A stretch of DNA of 62,728 nt from Oscillospiraceae bacterium UBA4632 (GCA_002405995.1 DHMW01000122.1:21791-84518), one strand, 5' to 3'. Shown: positions 46,278 to 55,790, counted from the stretch's first letter. A program made the numbers and translations. Notes: generated from the sequence alone by a model not told the origin.

Positions 46278-46586
46278 ATGAAAACCATTACCAAGACCCT
46301 CGACGCGGAAGTTGTCGCCAATGTGGAGCGCTATTCCTATGAGCTGGAAGCGCGCAAGACCGTCATCGCCGAAATGCTGTCCATGAACATGGACATCAGC
46401 ACGGATGCCTTCGCCAAGTATCAGGCGGAGCTTGTACGCTACAATACCATGTTCGAAGCGGCGAAGAAGGAGATCGAAAAGCAGTACGTCGCGGATGTCC
46501 CCGGCAGTGTGAAGTGGTCGCTGGACTACGCCACCCGCGAGCTGACGATCACCGTGGACGAAGCGGCGGGTGCGGCCCGTGGCTAA
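46278..46586 (+). CDS. CXXX-repeat modification system accessory protein
   Basis: 102 aa, SD AAAAGGAG; helical body and C-terminal KWSLDYATREL, resembling the W.(I/L)D(F/Y).T.E ending I recall for this family. Confidence 0.65.
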   Translation: MKTITKTLDAEVVANVERYSYELEARKTVIAEMLSMNMDISTDAFAKYQAELVRYNTMFEAAKKEIEKQYVADVPGSVKWSLDYATRELTITVDEAAGAARG

Positions 46587-47895
46587 GCGCACGGAACAGT
46601 TTCAGGACTACCTTGCCCGTCTCTTTCCGGAGGCGGGCGGGAAAGCCCGGACGCGCGTCGTGACCTTTCAGGTGACGGACGCCTGCAATCTCCGCTGCAC
46701 CTACTGCTATCAGATCAACAAGGCCGCGCACCGCATGAGCTTTGATGTCGCCAGGCGCTTTGTCGATATGCTGCTGGATGCCGACGAAGAATCCAACCTG
46801 TACCTCAACCCTGAAAACACATCGGGGGTGGTCATCGAATTCATCGGCGGGGAACCTCTGCTGGAAATCGATTTGGTCAATCAGATTACGGACTATTTCC
46901 TGTCTGAAATGTTCCGGCGGAATCACCCGTGGGCGACGCGCTACCGGCTGTCTATCTGCTCCAACGGCGTGCTGTACTTCGACCCGCGCTGGCAGGACTA
47001 TATGCGCCAGCACTGGCGCAACCTTTCGTTCAGTATTTCCGTGGACGGCTGCAAGGAGCTGCACGACAGCTGCCGCGTATTCCCTGACGGCAGCGGCAGC
47101 TATGACTTTGCCATCAAGGGCGTGCGGCATTTCGTAGACGTGCTGGGCGGTGCGATGGGCAGCAAGATGACCCTCGCCCCCGGCAATATCCGGTACACCT
47201 GCAAAGCCATCCGCGGGCTGATCGAGAGCGGGTATCGGGAAATCTTCCTGAACTGCGTCTACGAGGAAGGATGGACGGTCGAGCACGCGAAAATCCTGTA
47301 TGCGGAGCTGAAAAAGGCAGCGGATTATATCATCGACAACGGCTTGTTCGAGGATGTGTATTTGAGCATCTTCGAGCAGGCTTTTTTCCGGCCCAAGGAT
47401 GCAAACGACGTGCAGAACTGGTGCGGCGGCAACGGCGAAATGATCGCCTGCGACTGGAAGGGCGACATCTACCCCTGCATCCGTTACATGGAATCGTCCC
47501 TTGGCGACGACCAGCCGCCGGTGAAGATCGGCAACGTGTACGACGGCGTAATGGTCACGGAGCAGCAGTGCGACTGCGTGAATTGTCTGCGCTCCATCAC
47601 GCGCCGCAGCCAGTCCACGGACGAATGTTTCAACTGCCCCATCGCCGAAGGGTGTTCGTGGTGTACGGCGCTGAACTATCAGCTGTTTGGCACACCGGAT
47701 AAGCGGGCGACCTATATCTGCGTCATGCACAAGGCCCGCGCCCTGGCGAATGCCTATTACTGGAACAAGGGCTTCCGCGCGGCCGGCCGGCCGAAGCGCC
47801 AGAAGATCTATGTGCCGGAGGAATGGGCGCTGGAGATCATCACCCCGGAAGAATGGGCTTACCTGCGCAAGCTGGAAGGCCCGGAGGAGGTTTAG
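46579..47895 (+). CDS. Radical SAM/SPASM peptide maturase, CXXX-repeat-target type
   Basis: VTDACNLRCTYCY (CxxxCxxC), EFIGGEPLLE, SISVDG, SPASM Cys set (WCGG...IYPC...CFNCPIAEGCSWC...IC), C-terminal CVMHKARALANAYYWNK. The start may be 46570. Confidence 0.93.
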   Translation: MAKRTEQFQDYLARLFPEAGGKARTRVVTFQVTDACNLRCTYCYQINKAAHRMSFDVARRFVDMLLDADEESNLYLNPENTSGVVIEFIGGEPLLEIDLVNQITDYFLSEMFRRNHPWATRYRLSICSNGVLYFDPRWQDYMRQHWRNLSFSISVDGCKELHDSCRVFPDGSGSYDFAIKGVRHFVDVLGGAMGSKMTLAPGNIRYTCKAIRGLIESGYREIFLNCVYEEGWTVEHAKILYAELKKAADYIIDNGLFEDVYLSIFEQAFFRPKDANDVQNWCGGNGEMIACDWKGDIYPCIRYMESSLGDDQPPVKIGNVYDGVMVTEQQCDCVNCLRSITRRSQSTDECFNCPIAEGCSWCTALNYQLFGTPDKRATYICVMHKARALANAYYWNKGFRAAGRPKRQKIYVPEEWALEIITPEEWAYLRKLEGPEEV

Positions 47896-47898
47896 CGT

Positions 47899-50800
47899 AT
47901 GGCTACCAAAATCACAACCAAGAAAATTTCCGAGATCGCCGCGGACGACCTTCATGTGCTGATCACGCAGACGGAGGACGACCTCGTTTCCCTGCGGCGT
48001 ATGCCGGCGCATGTGCTGTTCGACAAGTTCGGCGTGAACGGCCTGAGCTATACCGACAGCAAGCTCCAGCTCATGTGCGGCAGTGTCCCCGTTGGCGCGC
48101 CGGTCACGATTCAGGGCGGCAGCGGCAGCGGCGACTTCGGCAGCACCATGCGTCTGAGCAACAAAATGGAATCGCGCACGTTCACAGTCATGGACACCGC
48201 GCCCACCGTGGAGATCGCCTACAACGTGACCAGCGTGGACACGGAGACGGAGGAAGCCACTGGCAATATCTCCGTGGAATGGTACGTCGGCAGCAGCCGC
48301 GTATACGCCGGTACGGTGGCGCAGGGCGACAACGTCTATGATGTTAAGAAACACCTCGTCAGCGGTGCATACAACACCGTGCGGCTTGTTGCAACGGACA
48401 CCTACGGCAATTCCAAGTCGATGACATGGACGATCACGGTCGCGGCCTACGGGCTGACGTGGAATCTCTCCGACTTCGGTATCTACAACGGCGAATCCCT
48501 GACGCTGCGCCTTGTGCCGACCGGCACGGGTGAAAAGGTCGTGAAGGTCAAGCTGGATGATACCGTCATCAGCACACAGACCGTATCGACCACCGGCCGC
48601 GCCGTTGCCGTCACCGTGGCTGCGCAGACGCACGGCGCGCACCGCCTGACCGCGTGGATGGAGGTTGACCTTGACGGCCAGACCGTCACCACGGAAACGC
48701 TGACCCACGTCGGCGTGTGGGTCGATTCCGAAAGCGAGACGCCTATTGTGGCGTTCCTGCAAACGTCGGTGTCGGTGCCGGTATACGGCACGGCGGAGGT
48801 CAAGTGGATCGCCTATGACCCCGCCAGCGAATCCGCAACCGTCGTGCGCTCCGTCGTCGGGACGGACATTTCCGCATCCCTGACGGTAGACCGCACGCCC
48901 CAGACGTGGGGCTACCGCCCGACCTCGACCGGCACGCAGACGCTCCGCGTGGTCTGCGGTACGGCCTACGCCACCTGCACCTGCACGGCCACGGCGCTGG
49001 ACTATGACATCGAGCCGGTCACGCGCTCGCTCTCCATGAGCGTAGACCCCAGCGGCCACACCAACGCCGAGGCAAGCCGCACGAGCTTTGGCTACTCGGA
49101 CGGCGGCGGCACGAATCACCCCTTCACCTTCAGCAGCAATTTTGACTGGGTGAACGGCGGCTTCAAGGTCGATGATGAGGGCGTCACCGCGTTCGTCATC
49201 AAGCGCGGCACGTCGATTACCTGCGACCGCTCGCTGTTTGCAGACGACGCCAAAACGAACGGCAAGGAGATCAAGATGATCTTCGCCGTCAAGGAGTGCC
49301 GCAGCGGCACCGCCGAGATTGCCAGCTGCAAACCCGGCAGCATCGGCCTTTCCATGCAGGCCCATCAGGTCACGCTTTCCTCGGAAGCGCAGTCGATCAC
49401 GGCGCTGTACTGCGAGGACAAGAAGATCGAGATGGACGTCAACATCGAATCGTCCAACGAAAACCGCTTCGCTATGATCTGGCTGGAGGGCATCCCGTCC
49501 CGCGTGACCGCATACGGCAGCACCGACAACTGGACACAGGCGACGCCCGCGATGCTGACCATCGGCTCGGCGGACTGCGATGTGTGGCTCTACCGCTTCA
49601 AGCTCTATGACAGCTCCCTGACGCGCTATGAGATCCTGGACAACTTCATCGCGGACTGCGCCAATCCCACGGAAATGGTAGACCGCTATGAGCGCAACAA
49701 CATCTACAACACGGACGGCACTATCAACAGGCAGAAGCTCTCTGCCGTGTCGCCGGAGCTGCGCGTGATCCATATCGTTGCCGACCGCATGACGACCTCC
49801 AAATCGGACAACGTGAGCTGCTCTGTGGAGCTGCTCTACGGCAGCGGCGGTGCAGCGCGGCAGTTCACCGGTTTGGGCGTGACGATGAAGGCACAGGGTA
49901 CGTCCTCGCTGGAATACCTGCTGGCCGCGCTCAACCTCGACCTCGACTTTTCCAAGGCGACGTGGACGAACGGCAACGGCGAGTTCATTTCCGGCTATGC
50001 CATGACGGAGAACAGCATTCCCGTGGACTATCTCAACGTCAAGCTGAACGTGGCATCGAGTGAGAACGCGAACAATGTCTGCGCGGTGGACGAGTACAAC
50101 ACCTTCCAGCCGAATCCCTGTGCCGCCCGCGAAGCCAATCCCAAGGTGCGCGACACGGTGGAGGGGCATCCCTGTGCGGTGTTCTTCACCAACAATGCCA
50201 CGGCCGCGATCTCTGTCGGCGCGCGCACGGTGCAGCCCGGCGAGACGATCATGTACGGCGTGGGCGACCTGAACAACAGCAAGAAAAACCTTGCCGTGTT
50301 CGGGCAGGACAACAGCGTTTATTCCGAGCAGTGCTGCATTGAGATCATGAACAATAACAATCCGCAGTGCCTGTTCAAATCCGACGACCTGACCGGCGAG
50401 ACGTGGGACGGCGGCAACTTTGAGTTCCGCTTCCCCAAGAATCCAACCGATGCCATGAAGTCCCGCTGGCAGCAGCTCCTTTCGTGGGTCGTGTCCACCG
50501 ACCGCACAGCCGCGACCGGCACAACGCTGGAGCAGCCCGTGACCTATGACGGCGTGGCGTATGCCGCCGACACGGTGGCCTACCGCGCAGCCAAGTTCAA
50601 GGCCGAGGTCTACAACTACTTCCACGAGGGCGACCTTGAATATCACTACCTGTTCACCGAGCGGCATCTGCTGGTGGATAACCGCGCGAAAAACTGCTTT
50701 GTCAGCTATGAGTATTTCAACGACGTGGAGGGGTACCGCTGGACATTCCGCTGCGACTACGACAACGATACGTTCAGCGGCAACGATAACTCCGGCGGCA

Positions 50801-53214
50801 TGACCTTCACCTATGGCCTTGAGGACGTTGATTCTGTCGGCGCGGCCAAGGTGTTCAACGCTTCGGATTCTGTACTGTGGTGCAACGTCCGCGACCTGCT
50901 GTCCCCGCAGCTGGTGGCGATGTATAAGGACCGCGAATCCGCCGGTGCATGGAGCGCCGACCGCATCTGCGCGAAGTGGAAAGCGCATCAGAGCGCGCGC
51001 CCCGAAGCGCTGATGGCCGAGGACACATGGGGCAAATATCTTTCCCCGTATATCAACAAGGGCGAAACGCGCTTCCTGAACATCGCCTACGGCACAAAGG
51101 AGGATCAGCTCCGCCAGTTCGAGACTGACCAGGAGGCGTATATCGCTTCCAAGTATGGCGGCAGCGTATCCACCGCCGACCGTATCTCTCTGCGTACCAA
51201 TGCGCCGGACGAGTGGGCGGGCGTGGAGCCGAGCGGCGATATTTCCGATATCGTCCCGTTTTCCGACGTCTACATCACGGTCAAGTACGGCAATGCCGGC
51301 ACGCAGCGGATCCGCGCAAAGGCAGGGCAGTCCTACGACGTGACGCTGCCGGAGGGCGCGTCGCTTAACGACCTTGAAACCTACATCTATTCCGCGTCCC
51401 GCCTGTCCTCTATCGGCTCGTTGGCCGCGCTGTATTCCAAACTCGCAGAGCTGGCGTCGGCCACGCGGCTGAAACAGTTCATCGGGGGCAGCGGCGAGGT
51501 CGGTTATGCCAACGGCTCCATGACCTCTATCTCGTTCGGACAGAACCTCATGATGGAGAAGATCGACCTGCGCGGCACACCGCAGCTCACACAGGCGCTT
51601 GACCTGTCTGCGCTGACCGCGCTCAAGGAGCTGTACACGGAAGGCTCCGGTGTGACCGGCGTAACCTTCGCCCGCAACTCGCCGGTGAAGATTGCCAAGC
51701 TCGGCAGCATCCGCACGCTGGTTGCCCGCGACCTTACCAACGTGGAAACCTTCTCCGTCGGCAATGCGCTCCAGTCCGTGTGGATCGAGGGCTGCTCCGC
51801 CGCGGTCGATACGCAATCCATGCTGATGGCTGCGACCGGCCTCACCCGCGGCCGCGTGCTGGGCGTCAACTGGTCTCTCAACAACGCCGATCTGCTGCTC
51901 CGGCTGGCATCGCTCGCCGGTCTTGACGCCAACGGCGACAATACCACGCAGTTCGTGCTGACCGGCGCATGCTATGTCTATATGCTTTCGCAGGACGAGC
52001 TGGACACGATCAATACGGCGTTCCCTGAGCTGACCGTCACCTATAACACGCTGCTGAGCACCTTCACCGTCACGTTCAAGAACTACGACGGCACGGTGCT
52101 GAACACCCAGCGCGTCCGCCAGTACGGCGACGCGAAGAATCCTGTGACCGAGGGGCTGATTGCCACGCCCACCAAGCCGCCCACCGTGGACAAGGTGTTC
52201 ACCTTTGCGGCGTGGGACAAGGCGATCACCTACATCACGCAGGATTTGGAGGTAACGGCGACCTACGCCGAAGCCGCGAGAATGTATACGGTCAAGTGGT
52301 GGAACGGCCTGACGCTGCTCCAGACCTCGACCGTGGAGGTCTACGACAACGGCGAGTACACCGGCGACATCCCCTATATCTCCGACAACGACATCTTCAC
52401 GGGATGGAGCATCGCAACGACGAATGTGCAGGCGGATATCAACACCTACGCGCAGTTTGAATCGGCCAGCATTCCGGCAGCCAAGGCTACGGATTACGAC
52501 TACCTGTATTCCGACGACCCCGACGATGACAGCGCCTACACGCTGGGCGAGCTCGTGGGTATCATCAACTCCGGACAGGCAAGCTCGTGGTTCGAGATCG
52601 GCGACAAGATCAAGATGGTCACGCCGACCAAGGCGTTTGCCGATACGTCCATCATCCTCGGCTTCACGGCCGTCAACCATTTCAAGCTGGCGGACGGCAG
52701 CGGCATGGCAAAAGCGTTCTTCCTGATGATCGGCGCGATGACCGCTCCCTATAAGCACCACACCACCAACATTAACACCGGCGGCTATCCGCAATCCGAC
52801 ATCCACACATATCTGGAGACGGTCGTATTCCCAAATCTGCCGCTGCACTGGCAGTCCCTCGCAAAGCTCGTGCAGCGCAGGTCGTCCGTGGGCGATATGT
52901 CGCCGGAGATCGTGACGACGAATTGTCACCTGACGATTCCCGTGTATGCGGAGTGCTTCCCCGATGGTGCGACTGCCGTTCCGTACAAGAACGAGGTCGA
53001 TCCGGACGCTGACAACATAACCTTTTCCTGCTTCACCGACAACAACAGTCGTATCCGCAAGACCTTCAACGGCGAGGGTTCTGCTGTGAACTGGTGGTTG
53101 GGCTCTCCTGATCCCACTTCCGTTGCGTACTGGCGCATTGTGGGCAACGGCGGCGCCGCGGGCAGCTACCACGCGAGCGGCAGCTCTTCCCTCGTGTGGG
53201 GCTTAAATTTTTAA
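47899..53214 (+). CDS. Large DGR target protein, likely receptor-binding/adhesin
   Basis: 1771 aa: beta-rich N-terminus, CotH-kinase-like motifs, LRR-like stretch, Flg_new-like repeats, and a C-terminal CLec-type end (NWWLGSP...WRIV) carrying the VR. Confidence 0.85.
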   Translation: MATKITTKKISEIAADDLHVLITQTEDDLVSLRRMPAHVLFDKFGVNGLSYTDSKLQLMCGSVPVGAPVTIQGGSGSGDFGSTMRLSNKMESRTFTVMDTAPTVEIAYNVTSVDTETEEATGNISVEWYVGSSRVYAGTVAQGDNVYDVKKHLVSGAYNTVRLVATDTYGNSKSMTWTITVAAYGLTWNLSDFGIYNGESLTLRLVPTGTGEKVVKVKLDDTVISTQTVSTTGRAVAVTVAAQTHGAHRLTAWMEVDLDGQTVTTETLTHVGVWVDSESETPIVAFLQTSVSVPVYGTAEVKWIAYDPASESATVVRSVVGTDISASLTVDRTPQTWGYRPTSTGTQTLRVVCGTAYATCTCTATALDYDIEPVTRSLSMSVDPSGHTNAEASRTSFGYSDGGGTNHPFTFSSNFDWVNGGFKVDDEGVTAFVIKRGTSITCDRSLFADDAKTNGKEIKMIFAVKECRSGTAEIASCKPGSIGLSMQAHQVTLSSEAQSITALYCEDKKIEMDVNIESSNENRFAMIWLEGIPSRVTAYGSTDNWTQATPAMLTIGSADCDVWLYRFKLYDSSLTRYEILDNFIADCANPTEMVDRYERNNIYNTDGTINRQKLSAVSPELRVIHIVADRMTTSKSDNVSCSVELLYGSGGAARQFTGLGVTMKAQGTSSLEYLLAALNLDLDFSKATWTNGNGEFISGYAMTENSIPVDYLNVKLNVASSENANNVCAVDEYNTFQPNPCAAREANPKVRDTVEGHPCAVFFTNNATAAISVGARTVQPGETIMYGVGDLNNSKKNLAVFGQDNSVYSEQCCIEIMNNNNPQCLFKSDDLTGETWDGGNFEFRFPKNPTDAMKSRWQQLLSWVVSTDRTAATGTTLEQPVTYDGVAYAADTVAYRAAKFKAEVYNYFHEGDLEYHYLFTERHLLVDNRAKNCFVSYEYFNDVEGYRWTFRCDYDNDTFSGNDNSGGMTFTYGLEDVDSVGAAKVFNASDSVLWCNVRDLLSPQLVAMYKDRESAGAWSADRICAKWKAHQSARPEALMAEDTWGKYLSPYINKGETRFLNIAYGTKEDQLRQFETDQEAYIASKYGGSVSTADRISLRTNAPDEWAGVEPSGDISDIVPFSDVYITVKYGNAGTQRIRAKAGQSYDVTLPEGASLNDLETYIYSASRLSSIGSLAALYSKLAELASATRLKQFIGGSGEVGYANGSMTSISFGQNLMMEKIDLRGTPQLTQALDLSALTALKELYTEGSGVTGVTFARNSPVKIAKLGSIRTLVARDLTNVETFSVGNALQSVWIEGCSAAVDTQSMLMAATGLTRGRVLGVNWSLNNADLLLRLASLAGLDANGDNTTQFVLTGACYVYMLSQDELDTINTAFPELTVTYNTLLSTFTVTFKNYDGTVLNTQRVRQYGDAKNPVTEGLIATPTKPPTVDKVFTFAAWDKAITYITQDLEVTATYAEAARMYTVKWWNGLTLLQTSTVEVYDNGEYTGDIPYISDNDIFTGWSIATTNVQADINTYAQFESASIPAAKATDYDYLYSDDPDDDSAYTLGELVGIINSGQASSWFEIGDKIKMVTPTKAFADTSIILGFTAVNHFKLADGSGMAKAFFLMIGAMTAPYKHHTTNINTGGYPQSDIHTYLETVVFPNLPLHWQSLAKLVQRRSSVGDMSPEIVTTNCHLTIPVYAECFPDGATAVPYKNEVDPDADNITFSCFTDNNSRIRKTFNGEGSAVNWWLGSPDPTSVAYWRIVGNGGAAGSYHASGSSSLVWGLNF
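53076..53203 (+). repeat. DGR variable repeat (VR)
   Basis: 128 bp, ungapped match to 53843-53970 with 17 substitutions, all opposite TR adenines. Confidence 0.97.
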
Positions 53215-53228
53215 TCCATGCTCTCACT

Positions 53229-53256
53229 ATCTGCGCCCCCTTTGTGGGGCGCAGAT
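53229..53256 (+). promoter_or_regulatory. DGR target-recognition hairpin downstream of VR/IMH
   Basis: ATCTGCGCCCC-CTTTGT-GGGGCGCAGAT, 11-bp perfect stem 25 bp after VR; further small hairpins at 53264-53280 and 53291-53304. Confidence 0.75.
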
Positions 53257-53413
53257 GGAGCACCCCGCGCTGTGCGCGGGCAAATACTATGCCGCGTAAG
53301 CGGCCGCGCGATTTTTATTTTTTAAAAATAACGTATTCCGTTATAATCTCCCCTTTTTCCTTTCGGCAGGTCCGGCGGTGCTACAATAACACGGCCTGAA
53401 AGGGGTGGGGTAT

Positions 53414-53818
53414 ATGTCTGTTATCCGCAGTGCTCGTTCGGTGTCGGAGGTGCAATTTCTGCACACGGCACGCGAGCTGCAAATCTACACGGTCCAGAAG
53501 TGTGTCGGCTTTCCGAAGCGGTACACCTTCTATGTCAGCCAGCCGCTTGCGGCGGTTGCTACACGGATCTATGAGGATGTGAAGCGCGGCAACAGCATTT
53601 ATCCCGCCAATCAGCATGAAGTGCAGCTCCGCAGGGACTACTTTCTGCATGCGCTGGCTGAGCTTCAGAATCTGATCTCTCAGGTGGAAGTCGCCTACGA
53701 GCTGTTCCGGTTTGACGCCAACATCATGGAGCACTGGATGGAGCTGGTCGATACCGAAATGAAGCTCGTCAAGGCGCTGCTGAAAAGCGACAAATCCCGC
53801 TATAAGGATTTGCCATAG
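53414..53818 (+). CDS. avd: DGR accessory variability determinant (Avd-like four-helix bundle)
   Basis: 134 aa helical protein between target and TR; FPKRYTF, NSIYP, R..Y...A, W..L...E.KL. Confidence 0.85.
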   Translation: MSVIRSARSVSEVQFLHTARELQIYTVQKCVGFPKRYTFYVSQPLAAVATRIYEDVKRGNSIYPANQHEVQLRRDYFLHALAELQNLISQVEVAYELFRFDANIMEHWMELVDTEMKLVKALLKSDKSRYKDLP

Positions 53819-53842
53819 GTCATGCGCTGAATGAGATCGTTG

Positions 53843-53970
53843 GGGTTCTGCTGTGAACTGGTGGTTGGGCTCTCCTGATCCCACTTCCGTTACGAACTGG
53901 CGCAATGTGAACAACAACGGCAACGCGAACAGCAACAACGCGAGCAACAGCAATTCCCTCGTGTGGGGCT
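53843..53970 (+). repeat. DGR template repeat (TR)
   Basis: AAC-rich non-coding copy of VR between avd and RT. Confidence 0.97.
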
Positions 53971-54186
53971 CCTCTCCGTGCAGACCGAGTAACCTTCAAG
54001 GCGAAAGCAGACATCGAAGGAGATAAGGAGCGCATGACCGTCCGAAAGGTGAATATACGCCCTGATGCGTCCGGGCGGACGCTTCTTGCATGGCGCGGAT
54101 TGCAGGTCATTCCGCGTTTCATGCCCGGTGACGCTATGCCGCTACTGCAACCTGCCGACAGCGGTACGGGGTGGAGGAGAGTTTTT
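53971..54186 (+). ncRNA. Structured spacer 3' of TR (part of the DGR template RNA)
   Basis: Stretch between TR and the RT start with stems such as GCATGGCGCGGA/TTCCGCGTTTCATGC and CGCCC/GGGCG; function inferred from position. Confidence 0.5.
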
Positions 54187-55338
54187 ATGACCAGTGCAGA
54201 ACGGAGGGAGGGCCGCTACCAACGCCGGGTGGCCCTCCGTGCAGAAAAGAAAGCGCGAAGCTGCGCGCAGTATGACGACTACGACGCGGTATTTTCTTTC
54301 GCGCATCTTTATCAGGCGTACCGAAAGTGCAGGCAGAATGTGGCCTGGAAGGCCAGCGTGCAGAAGTACATCGCCACGGCCCCGCTGAATGTCTATCAGA
54401 CATACAGGCGACTGATGGCGGGGACGTACAAAAGCCCCGGCTTTTTCGAGTTCGACGTGTTCGAGCGCGGGAAAAAGCGCCACATCCGCAGCACCATCAT
54501 TGGCGAGCGCGTCGTGCAGCGCTGCCTATGCGACAACGCGCTTGTGCCGATGCTCTACCGCACCTTCATCCACGACAACGGGGCCAGCATGACGGACAAG
54601 GGCTATTCTTTCGCCGTCCGGCGCATGGGGCAGCATCTCCACGAGCATTACCGCAAGCACGGGCAGAAGGGATATATCCTCCTGTTCGACTTCTCCAAGT
54701 TCTTTGACCGCGTTTCCCACGCGGTCATTGAGCGCATCATCCGGAGGAACTTCACCGACCGGCGGCTGATCCGCATCATCGGCCACTTCGTTCGGATGTT
54801 CGGCCCGGTGGGTCTGGGCCTCGGCAGCCAGATCAGTCAGGTGCTCGCGCTGGCGAGTGCCAATGAGCTGGACCATGCCATCAAGGAGCTGCTGCGCATC
54901 CACGCCAGCGCGCGTTATATGGACGACGGATATCTGATTCACGAATCCAAGGAGTATTTGCAGCGGTGCCTTTCGCTGGTTCAGGAGGTCTGCGACAAGC
55001 TGGAAATCACCCTGAATCCGAAAAAGACGCAGATCGTGAAACTGGCTCACGGCTTCACATGGCTGCAAATCCGTGTGTTCCTGACGCCGGCCGGCAAGAT
55101 CGTCAAGAAGATGCCCCACAAGGGTATCACCAAAATGCGGCGCAAGCTGAAAAAGCTGCGCCGGAAGCTGGACGCGGGCGAGATCACCCGCGAGGATGTC
55201 TGGACATCGTGGCAGAGCTGGCGCAGCCATGCGGAGCGCTTCGATGCCTGGCACACGCTACAATCCATGGGGCAGCTATACGATGAGCTGTTCGTGTTTA
55301 CGGAGGACTTCTATTATGATTTACCTGAAAGTGCTTGA
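54187..55338 (+). CDS. DGR reverse transcriptase
   Basis: ATG after GGAGGAG; ERGKKRHI, ERVVQR, LLFDFSKFFD, GLGLGSQISQ, RYMDD, LNPKKTQI. Confidence 0.96.
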   Translation: MTSAERREGRYQRRVALRAEKKARSCAQYDDYDAVFSFAHLYQAYRKCRQNVAWKASVQKYIATAPLNVYQTYRRLMAGTYKSPGFFEFDVFERGKKRHIRSTIIGERVVQRCLCDNALVPMLYRTFIHDNGASMTDKGYSFAVRRMGQHLHEHYRKHGQKGYILLFDFSKFFDRVSHAVIERIIRRNFTDRRLIRIIGHFVRMFGPVGLGLGSQISQVLALASANELDHAIKELLRIHASARYMDDGYLIHESKEYLQRCLSLVQEVCDKLEITLNPKKTQIVKLAHGFTWLQIRVFLTPAGKIVKKMPHKGITKMRRKLKKLRRKLDAGEITREDVWTSWQSWRSHAERFDAWHTLQSMGQLYDELFVFTEDFYYDLPESA

Positions 55339-55717
55339 CGCGGACGGAAAGCTCTCGTCCGTGGAAGCAATCGAAACCCCGGTCTATGTCAAATATCAAA
55401 GCAGAAACAAGCTGCTTCTCCAATGCCCCGCGCTTCACGCGCAGGGCATTCTTTCTGCCAACAATGCGGTGGCGTACCTGCTCGAAGGGAAAGACCCGAT
55501 CCCCGGTCTGACGCACACCGCGTACATCATCGGCGTCGCGGAGTATGAACAGCTCAAAGACACCGACCCCGAAGATGAAAACCCCGACCCGCCGGATGAC
55601 CCCGACACCGAAGTGCTGACCCGTGCCCAGCTCACCGCCAAGGTGACCGAGCTGGAGGAAACCAACGCAATGCTCATGGAGTGTGTGTTGGAGATGTCGG
55701 AGGCCGTCTATGCGTGA
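55316..55717 (+). CDS. Tail-fibre-associated small protein (XkdW-like C-terminus)
   Basis: Ends ELEETNAMLMECVLEMSEAVYA; precedes an XkdX/CD1375-like ORF. Confidence 0.55.
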   Translation: MIYLKVLDADGKLSSVEAIETPVYVKYQSRNKLLLQCPALHAQGILSANNAVAYLLEGKDPIPGLTHTAYIIGVAEYEQLKDTDPEDENPDPPDDPDTEVLTRAQLTAKVTELEETNAMLMECVLEMSEAVYA

Positions 55718-55790
55718 TATGATCCGAAAATATGCGTACAGGCTCCAAGCCTGTGCGCTTATTTTATTCTCGAAAGAAGGAGGTGCTGAT

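Noticed and set aside
43882..47895. Second DGR variable repeat in the fibre, Cys-rich or rSAM genes
   Set aside because: No similarity to TR found by eye outside 53076-53203. An alignment search would be needed to exclude a degenerate copy.
46579..47895. rSAM as anaerobic sulfatase maturase, RNR activase or QueE
   Set aside because: No sulfatase, nrdD or que genes nearby. The adjacent Cys-repeat protein, accessory gene and C-terminal HKAR..AN.YYWNK fit a peptide maturase better.
46549..53172. 2207-aa minus-strand ORF
   Set aside because: Antisense shadow of the rSAM and DGR-target genes, expected from strong G/C third-position bias. It has no SD, no recognisable motifs, and opposes well-supported genes.
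54034..55338. RT as group II intron, retron or Abi RT; longer start at 54034
   Set aside because: The TR/VR pair, avd and the SQ motif identify a DGR RT, and no maturase or endonuclease domain is visible. The SD supports ATG 54187.
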